Shown piece after piece: positions 20,331 through 32,971 of a stretch of DNA of 64,000 bases. This DNA is from Candidatus Saccharimonadota bacterium (GTDB lineage: Bacteria; Patescibacteriota; Saccharimonadia; Saccharimonadales; CAIOMD01): the NCBI GenBank assembly GCA_031973215.1, contig DALYDK010000001.1, forward strand, positions 150,610-214,609, read 5' to 3'. A model generated the notes under the pieces. That model made no database searches, was not told the origin of the DNA, and saw only the letters and a list, made by a program, of their open reading frames with translations. The translations under genes and the position numbers were made by a program. Within the stretch, counting starts at the first letter, position 1, and every line of letters starts with the position of its first letter.

Positions 20331-21281
20331 ATGGAGAAAAATATGGCAATCTCTATTTTTGCTGGTGAAACCGAGCAAAAAGTTCAAGCGGCTCAGTATA
20401 TAGGTAATTTAAGTAAAATCGGCCTAGGCCAAGAAGATGGTGGCATTAGTAGCAACCTAAGCGAGCAAGAGTTTAGTCAATATGCTGAAGCTATCAGCTC
20501 TGCTGTTGTTGAGATAGTCGATAATAGTCATATTGCTTGTATTGACGGAAGATGTACAGTTTGCCAAATTAATGGAGAAAAAGAAGTTGTAAGATCTCGA
20601 ATCGCCGGCGGAATTTTATCATATAATATAGGCGCCCTGCTTTCAGATGGTTCCCTTTCTAAGTCACTCAGTAATAAAGACTCTATATTGCAGCAAATGA
20701 ATGATATTGAAAAATTTGCTGAAGATACTATGGGCATCAAATGTTCATCCCATGAAGGCGGATGTGGCGCGGCCAATGGTCTTGTCAGTCATTTAAAGGT
20801 TATGAGTAGCCCAAATATTGCAACCGCAACAGAAGCTTTCATTGACCTAGCTGGCGATAGTTTTAAATCTTGCTATGACACTAGTATATATAATGAAATT
20901 TCAAATAAAGCCGTTCAATTAGCCGAAGAACTTGAGTCACAAAATTGGCAAGGCGATGATTTTGTTAATCATGCTAGCTCTGAAGAACCTGGAGGCGTTG
21001 AGAAGCTTGAAAGTGATGCTAGCCATAATTTTAATGGTCACAAAGAACAATCAATTATATTAGTAACTGGTAATAAGACTATTAGTAAAAGAAAATTGAT
21101 TGAACTTGGACTTGGACAGGCATTCGTTGTGAATTTAGATCTAATAAACGATATGGCAGTAAGCCTTTCTGGATTAGAAGGACAAAAAGGCTATTCAAAA
21201 GCCCTGCATGCACTTGTTGCGTATCAGTTAGCCGTAGCAAGTAATTTGTGCAATAAAAACATGCCAATGTTTATTGTGTAA
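20331..21281 (+). CDS. hypothetical protein (CxDxR and H-x3-CG motifs)
   Basis: 316 aa with ACIDGRC and SSHEGGCGA motifs, no transmembrane segment and no firm family assignment. Confidence 0.4.
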   Translation: MEKNMAISIFAGETEQKVQAAQYIGNLSKIGLGQEDGGISSNLSEQEFSQYAEAISSAVVEIVDNSHIACIDGRCTVCQINGEKEVVRSRIAGGILSYNIGALLSDGSLSKSLSNKDSILQQMNDIEKFAEDTMGIKCSSHEGGCGAANGLVSHLKVMSSPNIATATEAFIDLAGDSFKSCYDTSIYNEISNKAVQLAEELESQNWQGDDFVNHASSEEPGGVEKLESDASHNFNGHKEQSIILVTGNKTISKRKLIELGLGQAFVVNLDLINDMAVSLSGLEGQKGYSKALHALVAYQLAVASNLCNKNMPMFIV

Positions 21282-21367
21282 ACTAGCTTAAGCTTCTTGT
21301 TGTCAAATGATTAATCTTTGTCTATACTTACTGTATAAAACTTTAAACTAATAAAGGGGTATATTAG

Positions 21368-21910
21368 GTGGACGATTTTAAACCAAATAGAAGTGTTGAT
21401 GGAATGGTTGGTGGCCAAGGTGTACCGCCAAAACAGCCTGAATCTGGTGAAGAAAATAATGCATACGTAGATCAGAATAATATGAATGATGATTTAACTG
21501 ATCTTGGGCAAGTTGAAGGCCATAGCGAGGCAACGGCAAATGCCAGCACTCAGTCTCAGTCATACGGTGCAAATGACCTTCATATTACTGGCAATGGTAA
21601 AGATCCATCTAAAAAATGGAAGGTCATGACTATACTATTTGCAATATTATTTATTGCATCAGCAGCGTTTGCTTACTACGAATACACACAGGTACAAGAT
21701 CTACAGAAAAAGGTAGACTCCGCAAATAGCGAGGTTACTAAGCTTAAGGCAGAGCTAGAGAGTGTGAAGTATGACAGTACAGACAGTACCAATAAGCAAG
21801 ATTTGCTTACTAAGCAAAATCAAGCTCTTACTGCCCTTTCTAAGCAATTGAAGACCGCTTGTGGTAATGCTTGTCGAGATATATCATTAGAAATTAAAGT
21901 TAGTAATTAG
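21368..21910 (+). CDS. membrane-anchored coiled-coil protein (hypothetical)
   Basis: GTG start after an AAAGGGG RBS. Low-complexity N-terminus, one transmembrane helix (VMTILFAILFIASAAFAYY), then a heptad-like coiled coil. Confidence 0.4.
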   Translation: MDDFKPNRSVDGMVGGQGVPPKQPESGEENNAYVDQNNMNDDLTDLGQVEGHSEATANASTQSQSYGANDLHITGNGKDPSKKWKVMTILFAILFIASAAFAYYEYTQVQDLQKKVDSANSEVTKLKAELESVKYDSTDSTNKQDLLTKQNQALTALSKQLKTACGNACRDISLEIKVSN

Positions 21911-21961
21911 ACAATACTAGACTTTTAACTAGCGCTTCATATAAACTAAATAACAAGTTAT

Positions 21962-22888
21962 ATGAAGCAAACAGAAGTAAAAATCCCCAAAGGGCTAGTT
22001 CACCCATTATCTATAAATGGCTTAAATGGTCGTTTCCTCCGAATACCTAATAAAGATAAAAAGCGAAACATTTTAGTTGTGTACGGACATCATTCTTCAA
22101 TAGAAAGAATGTTTGGTATTGTCGAGAATATTGCAGACTACGGTACTGTTACTATGCCAGATTTACCTGGTTTTGGGGGAATGGATAGTTTCTATAGCTT
22201 AGGTCAAAAACCAACATTAGATGATTATGCTGATTACTTGGCTACATTCATTAAGCTAAAGTTTCGCAGTGGTGATATATCAATAATGGGAATGAGCTTT
22301 GGTTTTGTTGTGGTGCTTAGGATGCTGCAAAAGTATCCTGATATAGCACGGAGGGTTAACTTTTTAGTAAGTATGGTTGGCTTTAGCGATAAGAGCGATT
22401 TTAAACTATCTGCCAAGAACCAGTTTTTGCTTCGTGCAATGGCAAGAACATTTAGATTAGGGTTGCCTGCATTTCTTTTTAGATATATTGGATTAAATAA
22501 ATTTATTATCAACTTTGCCTACAGAATAAATGCCAAGAATCACCCAAAAATGAAAGATGCAGATAGAAATGAGCTTAAACGCAGAATCAAATTTGAGATA
22601 TATTTGTGGCAAATTAACGACGTTCGGTCTTATATGACTACATTGCTGATGATGTTTACGCTCATTCAAAATCCTACAAAATTACCACTTATATTGCACA
22701 CAGTATCCGTTAAAAACGATCAATATTTTAATGAAAAGCAAGTTATTGAAAATTTTAATAATATATTCTCTAAGGTTATAAATACTAAAATAAACCTAAA
22801 AAATCATGCCCCAACTGTAATAGATAACAAAGAAGATTCTAAAGTTTTTATTCCGGCCAGTATAAGAAAAGCTCTAGATAAGAGTTAA
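21962..22888 (+). CDS. alpha/beta-hydrolase fold protein
   Basis: GxSxG nucleophile elbow IMGMSFGF and an N-terminal HG-like VVYGHHSS. Confidence 0.55.
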   Translation: MKQTEVKIPKGLVHPLSINGLNGRFLRIPNKDKKRNILVVYGHHSSIERMFGIVENIADYGTVTMPDLPGFGGMDSFYSLGQKPTLDDYADYLATFIKLKFRSGDISIMGMSFGFVVVLRMLQKYPDIARRVNFLVSMVGFSDKSDFKLSAKNQFLLRAMARTFRLGLPAFLFRYIGLNKFIINFAYRINAKNHPKMKDADRNELKRRIKFEIYLWQINDVRSYMTTLLMMFTLIQNPTKLPLILHTVSVKNDQYFNEKQVIENFNNIFSKVINTKINLKNHAPTVIDNKEDSKVFIPASIRKALDKS

Positions 22889-22904
22889 ATGGTATAATTT
22901 AATT

Positions 22905-24023
22905 ATGAAAATAGGCATAGTATGCCCCTATAACATGTTTCAGTTTGCGGGGGGTGTCCAGGATGTGGTTGTCCAGCTGCATAATCATCTCAAATTAAAA
23001 GGCCACCAAGTAAAAGTAATAACACCAAGACCAAGAAACCATAACTCCTCTGCCCCAGAAGACTACATACTTTTGGGACGTAGTGCAAAGGTCAATACAA
23101 TGGCCACAATGGTAGATCTTGGGTTTGAAGCAGCAACTGACGAAATTGATAATATATTGGCGACTGAAAAATTTGATGTTATACATTTCCATGAGCCATG
23201 GGTTCCTCTCTTATCGCGACAGATTCTGGCTAGGTCTTCGGCTGTTAATGTTGCCACTTTTCACGCTAAAAGCCCCGACACCCTTATAAGCAAGTCCTTA
23301 ATAAGCTCGGTAGTGCCTTATACAAAATCTGTCCTTAAGTATTTAGATGCTCTAACGGCAGTTTCACCTGCTGCCAGCGAATATGTCAAAAATCTGACTG
23401 ATAGACATATTGAAATTGTCCCAAACGGCATAGATCTTCAGAGATTTAAGAATAATGAGCAGAATTCAAATAAAAAGAATATTTTGTTTCTTGGCAGGCT
23501 AGAAAAAAGAAAAGGTTTAGAGTATTTGCTAGATGCCTATCAGATATTAAAGAACAAGCATCCAGAAGTAATACTTTCCATAGCCGGAAGCGGCGCAAAA
23601 AGAAAAAGCCTAGAAAAATATATAGAACAACGCAGCATAAAAGATGTTTCATTCCTTGGTTTCATTCCTGAGTCTGACAAGGTAAATTTAATGTCTAGTG
23701 CCACAGTCTACTGTTCCCCCGCTCCATACGGAGAAAGCTTTGGCATTGTTCTATTAGAGGCAATGGCCGTTGGGACGCCAGTGGTTGCCGGAAATAATGC
23801 TGGCTATGCTGGGGTAATGACAGGGAGTGGAATGCTTAGCTTAGTTAATCCTAGATCTACCTTAGATTTTGCGCAGCGTTTAGAAATTATGATTTACGAT
23901 GAAGATGTTAGAAAACTATGGAAAAACTGGGCTAAAAACGAAATAAATAAATATCGATTCGAGAATATTGCCGACTCGTACGAAAAGGTTTATAAAAAGG
24001 CGCTTCAAGATAATGGCCTATAA
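22905..24023 (+). CDS. glycosyltransferase family 4 (GT-B)
   Basis: C-terminal GT4 motif ESFGIVLLEAMAVGTPVVAGNNAG and an N-terminal MKIGIVCPY fold. Confidence 0.8.
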   Translation: MKIGIVCPYNMFQFAGGVQDVVVQLHNHLKLKGHQVKVITPRPRNHNSSAPEDYILLGRSAKVNTMATMVDLGFEAATDEIDNILATEKFDVIHFHEPWVPLLSRQILARSSAVNVATFHAKSPDTLISKSLISSVVPYTKSVLKYLDALTAVSPAASEYVKNLTDRHIEIVPNGIDLQRFKNNEQNSNKKNILFLGRLEKRKGLEYLLDAYQILKNKHPEVILSIAGSGAKRKSLEKYIEQRSIKDVSFLGFIPESDKVNLMSSATVYCSPAPYGESFGIVLLEAMAVGTPVVAGNNAGYAGVMTGSGMLSLVNPRSTLDFAQRLEIMIYDEDVRKLWKNWAKNEINKYRFENIADSYEKVYKKALQDNGL

Positions 24024-25131
24024 AAAGTTAAAAATTGGTTTAATTCTAGATGACACTCTCGATACTACTGACGGAGTTCAGCAGTATGTTTTGTCATTAG
24101 GCGATTGGTTAAGTAACAAAGGACATGAGGTACATTATTTAGTAGGACAGACCACTCGCAAGGATATTGATAATGTTCATTCAATGGCCAAGAATATAAA
24201 AGTTAAATTCAACCAAAATAGACTAAGCATTCCTTTGCCAACTAGTAAAAGTTCCGTAAAGAAAAAATTAGAAGAACTTGATTTAGATATATTACATATT
24301 CAAATGCCCTATAGCCCTTTGTTTGCTGGTCGGGTTATTGATGCTTGTGGTGAAAAAACTAAAATTGTTGGTACTTTTCATATTGTCCCTGCCTCTAAAC
24401 TCCATTACATTAGCTCCAAGGGCTTAAGCTATTTAAATTATCGAACAAGTAAAAAATTCAGTAAAATAATTTGTGTTTCTACTGCCGCAGAGCAATTTGC
24501 CAAGGCTGCTTTTGGGTATGATTCAGTAGTAGTGCCCAATGTTGTTAATTTAGAAAAATTTTCCCACAAACCAATTAAAAGGAGTGTCCCTACAATAGTA
24601 TTTTTAGGAAGATTAGTTGAACGCAAGGGTTGCAAGCAGCTTTTAGACGCTCTAATGGTCCTGCAGGAAATATATCATGATAAATACACAGTAATTATTG
24701 CCGGTAAGGGGCCTCTTAAAACTGAACTTGAGATGTACTCAATTAAAAATAATATTAAAAATATTCGTTTTGTTGGCTTTGTTTCAGAAGCCCAAAAGCC
24801 GAAATTACTCGCCGGTGCCGATATTGCCGTTTTTCCAAGTACCGGTGGTGAAAGTTTTGGTATAGTTTTGATAGAAGCTATGGCTGCCGGTTCTAGGGTC
24901 ATTTTAGGCGGTAATAATGAAGGCTATAGAACTGTTCTTGATGATTACCCTGATTTATTAATAGATCCAAATAACCCTCTTACTTTTGCTGAACGCATAA
25001 AATATTATCTAGAGCATAAAGACGCTCGTGAAAGGGCTTATAATTGGGCACAGCAAGCTATTGAGCAGTATTCTGTAGAAAATGTTGGTAAAAAGATATT
25101 ATCGATTTACAGAAAGGCAATCGATGGATAA
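24013..25131 (+). CDS. glycosyltransferase family 4 (GT-B), second paralog
   Basis: ESFGIVLIEAMAAGSRVILGGNNEG motif. The likely start is the ATG at 24013 (MAYKKLKIGLILDD), overlapping the upstream GT4 by 11 nt; the ORF track starts further upstream at 23968. Confidence 0.75.
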   Translation: MAYKKLKIGLILDDTLDTTDGVQQYVLSLGDWLSNKGHEVHYLVGQTTRKDIDNVHSMAKNIKVKFNQNRLSIPLPTSKSSVKKKLEELDLDILHIQMPYSPLFAGRVIDACGEKTKIVGTFHIVPASKLHYISSKGLSYLNYRTSKKFSKIICVSTAAEQFAKAAFGYDSVVVPNVVNLEKFSHKPIKRSVPTIVFLGRLVERKGCKQLLDALMVLQEIYHDKYTVIIAGKGPLKTELEMYSIKNNIKNIRFVGFVSEAQKPKLLAGADIAVFPSTGGESFGIVLIEAMAAGSRVILGGNNEGYRTVLDDYPDLLIDPNNPLTFAERIKYYLEHKDARERAYNWAQQAIEQYSVENVGKKILSIYRKAIDG

Positions 25132-25291
25132 AAAAGTACTGTATTTGACTATTGGAGCCGGTGGATTCATTGGCGGCTACTTGCCTGTTCTGTTATTCAA
25201 TGCCAGTGGATTCGATTTATTTAGTATAATAGGTGGCGTAATTGGTTCTATAGCTGGACTTCTTGCTGGAATTAAATTAATAAATAATTAG
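25124..25291 (+). CDS. small membrane protein (hypothetical, about 55 aa)
   Basis: ATG overlaps the GT4 stop. Gly-rich transmembrane segments (GAGGFIGGYLPVLLF...GGVIGSIAGLLAG). Confidence 0.3.
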   Translation: MDKKVLYLTIGAGGFIGGYLPVLLFNASGFDLFSIIGGVIGSIAGLLAGIKLINN

Positions 25292-25373
25292 TGAGATAGG
25301 TTTTTTGGGGTAGATTTATTAATAATATATTAAGCTGAGTTAATTAAATAGACTTCAGGATACTTTTTATACT

Positions 25374-27649
<2,276 letters not shown>

Positions 27650-27678
27650 AAAATCTCGTTGTTAAATATTATTTCGAG

Positions 27679-28311
27679 CTAGGCTTCTTTGATAAGTTTT
27701 ACAGCTTTTAGTGTGATTGGAGATAGAATAATTTCCGTACAAACTTTTATAAAGAATACAGTAGCGATAATATTTAGCAAAGCCGAATTTGATATGGTTC
27801 CAGCAAACGCTAATACGCTAAATATAATGGTATCTATTAAACTACCTGCAGCAGACGAACTAATCAGCCTTCCCCACAAAAATTTTCCTTTTGTACGAAT
27901 CTTTAGCTGAGTTAGTAAGTATCCATTGATTAACTCTCCTGATATTATAGCTACAATACTAGCGAAAAATATTCGCCAGGTCATACCAAGTATTGCGGAG
28001 AATGATTCTTGCAGCTTCCATTCCAAAGGATGTGGCATGAGTTGCACAGCATATAATACAAGACCGCTAAATATTAGTATTGCTATACCAATATATAGAA
28101 TTTTTCTCATTATTGGAAAGCCATATATCTCCGTAATTATTCCTCCAATTATGTAAGCCAGTGGGAATAATATGGTACCAGCATCAAATATTAAATGGTT
28201 AAATTGAACAATCTTTATACTTGCAATGTTACTTATAATGAGGGTTGTTATGAACAATGATATTAAAATTTCGTAATATGGAATTTTGCTATTATCTATT
28301 ATTTGTTTCAA
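27679..28311 (-). CDS. YhhQ/COG1738-family queuosine-precursor transporter
   Basis: 6-transmembrane protein carrying FDAGTILFPLAYIIGGIITEIYG, which is characteristic of the YhhQ (DUF165) family. Confidence 0.7.
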   Translation of the reverse strand: MKQIIDNSKIPYYEILISLFITTLIISNIASIKIVQFNHLIFDAGTILFPLAYIIGGIITEIYGFPIMRKILYIGIAILIFSGLVLYAVQLMPHPLEWKLQESFSAILGMTWRIFFASIVAIISGELINGYLLTQLKIRTKGKFLWGRLISSSAAGSLIDTIIFSVLAFAGTISNSALLNIIATVFFIKVCTEIILSPITLKAVKLIKEA

Positions 28312-28369
28312 AGTTACCTACTCCTTAGTTAGATGATTTGGGAATGTTTTTGTAATTTATACTAGCAGA

Positions 28370-29782
28370 CTACGTTTCTTTGTGCCAGATTTGGCCGTAT
28401 TTAGAGTCGTTTATTCTAATACCTTGGCTGGCTAAAGTGTCCCGAATTGAGTCACTTAACTGCCAATTACTTTCAGATCTGGCTATTTTTCTTTTTTCTA
28501 GCAACGATTTATTTTCAGAAGATATATCTTTAGTATCAATATCTAAACCTAAAAGCTTATTAATTGCATCTATAAATTCACTAAAATAATTTTCTTCGTT
28601 ATCGTTAACACCGTATTTTTCGGCTAAATCTAAAGAATTTTCTATTACTGCTAGTGCGCCGGGCGTATCAAGGTCGTTATTTAAACATTCTTTTATTTTG
28701 TCTATAGATTCGAAAATTTTAATTCCGTTCTCATCGCCTTCTCTATTATTGAATAGTTTGGTCTGGTACAAGAGCGAGCTTATTCCTTTCCACCGCAATA
28801 GTCTGTTATGCGCTGATTCTAAGTTATCCCAACTAAAATTACTTTCTGTTCTATAATGACTTTGAAGCACAAACATTCTAAAATCCTCAGGGCTATAACC
28901 CTTTTCTTCTAAATCTTCTAAGGTAATAATATTGCCTAAGCTTTTACTTATTTTTGTTCCATTGACTAATAAGAAATTGTTATGTAGCCAGTAGTTGGAA
29001 AATGTTTGTCCGGTGGCTGCCTCGCTTTGGGCAATTTCGTTTGTATGATGCACGGGTATATGATCGATTCCGCCGGTGTGAATGTCTATGGTTTCTCCTA
29101 GTTTATCCATGGCCATAGCGCTACATTCAAGGTGCCAGCCAGGAAAACCAACTCCCCAGGGACTTTCCCATTCCATATCTCTTTTATGATCTTTGGGTGA
29201 GAATTTCCATAGGGCGAAATCACTTGGGTTTCTTTTTTCTGTGTTATATTCAACCCTAGCACCTTTTTTAATTTCTTCTAGATTTAGGTGGGCAAATTCA
29301 GCATATTTAGGAAATTTGGAAGTATCAAAGTAAATACCATCACTAATTTGGTAAGTATAGCCTTTAGCTTCAAGAGATTTAATAAGGTCAATTTGCTCTT
29401 GAATAAATTCAGTAGCTTTAGTGATATATTTTGGTTTTAGTAAATTCAGTTTATCCATGCCTTTCATAAAATAATCGGTATAAAAACTTGCAACTTCCCA
29501 TGCCGTTTTGCCCTCTCTTCTAGCGCCTTTTTCGAGCTTATCTTCGCCTTCGTCAGAGTCGCTAACTAAATGGCCAACATCCGTTATGTTCATCACCCTA
29601 TCTACTGTATATCCGTCAGATAACAGAACTCTAACTAGAACGTCCCATCTAATATAAGCTACCCAATTACCAATATGTAAATAATCATAAACTGTCGGAC
29701 CGCAAGTATATAAATTCACTTCACCATTATTTAATGGTTGGAATTTTTCAATTTTTCTAGATTTTGTATTATAGATTTGCAT
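28370..29782 (-). CDS. cysS: cysteine--tRNA ligase
   Basis: N-terminal LYTCGPTVYDYLHIGN (HIGH) and KISKSLGN (KMSKS). Confidence 0.9.
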   Translation of the reverse strand: MQIYNTKSRKIEKFQPLNNGEVNLYTCGPTVYDYLHIGNWVAYIRWDVLVRVLLSDGYTVDRVMNITDVGHLVSDSDEGEDKLEKGARREGKTAWEVASFYTDYFMKGMDKLNLLKPKYITKATEFIQEQIDLIKSLEAKGYTYQISDGIYFDTSKFPKYAEFAHLNLEEIKKGARVEYNTEKRNPSDFALWKFSPKDHKRDMEWESPWGVGFPGWHLECSAMAMDKLGETIDIHTGGIDHIPVHHTNEIAQSEAATGQTFSNYWLHNNFLLVNGTKISKSLGNIITLEDLEEKGYSPEDFRMFVLQSHYRTESNFSWDNLESAHNRLLRWKGISSLLYQTKLFNNREGDENGIKIFESIDKIKECLNNDLDTPGALAVIENSLDLAEKYGVNDNEENYFSEFIDAINKLLGLDIDTKDISSENKSLLEKRKIARSESNWQLSDSIRDTLASQGIRINDSKYGQIWHKET

Positions 29783-29786
29783 GAGC

Positions 29787-30791
29787 TTATTTTAGCCTAT
29801 CAATTATTTTATTAACCAGTTCGTATTTAAATTTCGTAAAATCTTCGTTAAAATTATCTATGCGAAAGCCAGCTGCATAAGGGTGGCCACCGCCGCCATA
29901 AGAACTGGCTATTTCACCTGCAATCTCTGTGCCCTGAGAGCATCTTAGGGCTACGGTAACTCTATTTTTATATCTTTTTATAGCTAGGGCAATTTGGACG
30001 CCCTCTATATTTAGCATCTCGCTCATAATTAAAGGGCCAGGATTATACTGAGTTCCAATATCGTATAGTTCGGATTCGGGAATCACCGTTAAAGCAATTT
30101 TAGTGTCAAAATAGAACTCTGTTCTTTCCATTAGCTCGGCTTTATATCTAAAGACAGCTTCGCTCATTTTTGACAATTGCCTTCTTTTCTCTTCTAGCTC
30201 AGCCCGGCTTATTCCTAAGCTAAGAATTTCAGCAACATTTTTGTAGGTTTCGGGTCCTGCAATATCGCTAGTTAGGCCTAAACTATCAGACAATATACTT
30301 TGTAGAATTAGCTCACCAGATAATTTGTTAATCGAGAAATCAAGTTCTTTGGCAATACCATATATAACTTCTCCTGTTGAGGAATAGTCGGGATTATTAG
30401 AAACCACAGAAGCAAAGTCAATGTCACATTCAACATCTTTATGATGATCTAGAACCAACGAGGGTTTTGCTTTGACCCATGAAACCTCAGGAGATAGGTA
30501 TAAATTCTCTAAAAGTGTCGAAGAGCTTGTATCTACAATAATTGATGCATCAAAATTCGAAGGAATATAATTATTAATTTTCTCCCATCCTGTAATAAAT
30601 TTTAAGTAAGATGGCACCTCTACTGCGCAATAAAGTACCGATTCTTTTCCTAAAGTCGATAAGATTTCATTAAGGGCTAAGGCAGAGGCTATAGAATCGC
30701 CATCTGGGTTATCTGCTTGTATAATTACAAACTTACTATGCTGATTAAAAAATTCTTGGATTTCTTTAATGTTATTTATGGGTCGTTTCAT
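29787..30791 (-). CDS. DHH/DHHA1 phosphoesterase (NrnA-like oligoribonuclease/pAp phosphatase)
   Basis: DHH motifs DNPDGDSIAS and DHH, plus the DHHA1 GGGGHPYAAG. Confidence 0.75.
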   Translation of the reverse strand: MKRPINNIKEIQEFFNQHSKFVIIQADNPDGDSIASALALNEILSTLGKESVLYCAVEVPSYLKFITGWEKINNYIPSNFDASIIVDTSSSTLLENLYLSPEVSWVKAKPSLVLDHHKDVECDIDFASVVSNNPDYSSTGEVIYGIAKELDFSINKLSGELILQSILSDSLGLTSDIAGPETYKNVAEILSLGISRAELEEKRRQLSKMSEAVFRYKAELMERTEFYFDTKIALTVIPESELYDIGTQYNPGPLIMSEMLNIEGVQIALAIKRYKNRVTVALRCSQGTEIAGEIASSYGGGGHPYAAGFRIDNFNEDFTKFKYELVNKIIDRLK

Positions 30792-31396
30792 AATAATGTT
30801 CTGCCTTCGAATGCCCTGGTTAGAGTGATTTGATCGGCATATTCAAGATCTAAACCTATTGGTAAACCTCGGGCTAGCCTAGATATTTTAGGCACTATAT
30901 TTTCAAGTTCTTTTTGTAGGTAAATAGCGGTTGTTTCTCCTTCTACGCTAGCATTGGTCGCCAAGATAACTTCATTTACTGAATCGCTAACTAAGCGCTT
31001 TTTAAGTTGTTCAATTTTTAAATTTTCAGGGTTAACGCCATCTATTGGGGAAATTAAACCGCCAAGAACATGATATGTACCTGTATATGAAGCAGTTTTT
31101 TCAATTGCTACTATATCGAAAGGTTCGGCAACGACTGCAACAATTTGCTTATCTCTTTTTGGGTCTGAGTAAAGCTCCGACACTTCTTCATTAGCATCTA
31201 TAAGAGCGTTGGTAATTGGGCAATACTTAACTTGCTCCTTAAGCTCTGCTATAGATTTACTAATTTTCTGTGCCTTAATTTGATCACTTTTAAGCAAATA
31301 AAATGCATACCTTTCTGCAGTTCTTGATCCGACTCCAGGAAGATTTTTAAGAGCATCAATTGCTTCTGTTAGTGCTTGCGGTAGCACTTTAGACAT
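30788..31396 (-). CDS. recR: recombination protein RecR
   Basis: LPGVGSRTAERYAFYLL HhH, a Cys4 zinc finger and a Toprim domain. Confidence 0.9.
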   Translation of the reverse strand: MSKVLPQALTEAIDALKNLPGVGSRTAERYAFYLLKSDQIKAQKISKSIAELKEQVKYCPITNALIDANEEVSELYSDPKRDKQIVAVVAEPFDIVAIEKTASYTGTYHVLGGLISPIDGVNPENLKIEQLKKRLVSDSVNEVILATNASVEGETTAIYLQKELENIVPKISRLARGLPIGLDLEYADQITLTRAFEGRTLL

Positions 31397-31408
31397 AAAT
31401 ATACCGTC

Positions 31409-31702
31409 TTATAGCCCTAAGTTACCCAAGCCACCTAGCATTGGTTGCATTTTCTCGGCAGCTATTTTTTGGCTTTTAGCAATAGCTTCTTTTACGGCTT
31501 CTTCAACCCATTTTTCAAGTTGGCCAATATCATCTAAATCAACAAATTCAGGGTCGATGTGAATTTTCTTGATTTTTTGTTCGCCTGTTATTTCAACTAC
31601 CACCGCACCTTCTCCTGCCTCGGCTTCAATAATCATTTTTTGCAGTTCTTTTTGTAGTTTTCTTACTTTCATCAGCATTTTTGCTTGATCTAACTTACTC
31701 AT
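31409..31702 (-). CDS. YbaB/EbfC nucleoid-associated protein
   Basis: 97 aa, pattern MLMKVRKLQKELQKM...GEGAVVVEITGEQKIKKIHID, immediately upstream of recR as usual. Confidence 0.85.
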   Translation of the reverse strand: MSKLDQAKMLMKVRKLQKELQKMIIEAEAGEGAVVVEITGEQKIKKIHIDPEFVDLDDIGQLEKWVEEAVKEAIAKSQKIAAEKMQPMLGGLGNLGL

Positions 31703-31714
31703 TTTTACTCCTTA

Positions 31715-32935
31715 CTATTGATTATATTTTATCATGTAAACAGATTTAGTTGTTGGCGAGTTGCTCCAAGCAACAAAATATCTTTCTAGTTGAAAAAACA
31801 CACTGAAAGCAACTGCAATTACAACTAATGAAACACCTATTGTACGCATTAGAGGATTCCTAGGAAAAATAGTTAACCATCGTTTCATTAACTCAATTAG
31901 ACCTGCTATGAAAAATATATATAGAATAGGCAGGAATAACATTTGATAATTCAAATAATTTGCCGATAAACCGATAGTTAAGAAAAGTGTTATAAACGAA
32001 GAAAATATTAAAATTGATCTTCTGTGCCTGAATCTTCGAATAAAGTAAAATATTCCTAACAAGCTTAAAGCTGCTGTAAATATATCTAATAATGGCAAGT
32101 TACCAACCCAGGTGACAGAATTTAGCTGTGCATATAAATATATGCCCGTCAGCTGATATATCAAATGCAATATATATGCCCTAGGGCCGATAAAGCCTCC
32201 GTATATGCCAAGTAGCTCTTTTAGCTGTCCTGGAGCACCTGAAAGGCTTATAAGCAGAGGAAGTAGCAATAGAATGTATAAAGTCCCGGCTATAATTAAC
32301 TGCTTTTTTGATATTTTCTTTAGCTTCTTTTTGCCGTATATAAATAGTCCGACTGTAGCTATTGCAATTATCCAGATTCCATAAGGTAAATATGCAGCTA
32401 TAGCAATGGATGCTACAAAAGCTAAAAATGCCCAGAATTTATTATCTTTTGATCTTAGAAATAAATTTAAGCAATAAAATACAGCCACTATAATGAATAA
32501 AGAGGCCGCCCAAAGAGTGGCCTGTCTGGCTGTATTCAAGACTAGACTGTTTGAAGCCAGTAAAGCAGCGGCAATTAGGGCCATTCTCTGATTAAACCAA
32601 GCTTTAATAAGTTTGTAGAATAGAATTATTGTCCCAAAGACAAATAGCCCGCTTATTATTCTTGCCGCAAGAGGCGCATTTTCAATTAAACTATTAAGAA
32701 CAATCGCCGGTACAATAAATGGTGCGCCTACTGCCCTATACCATGGGTTATCATAGTCGTTAATTTTAGAAATTACGGGGAGTTCATTGATATTTAAACT
32801 ATTTTGAATTACATTCGGCTGCGGAAACAACAAAGCAACTAGCCCAAGACCCAACAATGATGCTATTAAAATAGATTTCCAGTTTAGGTTAGAAAACAAA
32901 CCTTTAAAACTATTCAAATTATAAGAAACTTTCAT
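31715..32935 (-). CDS. polytopic membrane protein (possibly a GT-C-fold glycosyl/mannosyltransferase-like protein)
   Basis: About 11 transmembrane helices; topology resembles the PMT/ArnT-like GT-C families, but no catalytic motif was verified. Confidence 0.4.
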   Translation of the reverse strand: MKVSYNLNSFKGLFSNLNWKSILIASLLGLGLVALLFPQPNVIQNSLNINELPVISKINDYDNPWYRAVGAPFIVPAIVLNSLIENAPLAARIISGLFVFGTIILFYKLIKAWFNQRMALIAAALLASNSLVLNTARQATLWAASLFIIVAVFYCLNLFLRSKDNKFWAFLAFVASIAIAAYLPYGIWIIAIATVGLFIYGKKKLKKISKKQLIIAGTLYILLLLPLLISLSGAPGQLKELLGIYGGFIGPRAYILHLIYQLTGIYLYAQLNSVTWVGNLPLLDIFTAALSLLGIFYFIRRFRHRRSILIFSSFITLFLTIGLSANYLNYQMLFLPILYIFFIAGLIELMKRWLTIFPRNPLMRTIGVSLVVIAVAFSVFFQLERYFVAWSNSPTTKSVYMIKYNQ

Positions 32936-32971
32936 ATACTCGTGGTAAAGTATAGCATATTTATATCTGTT

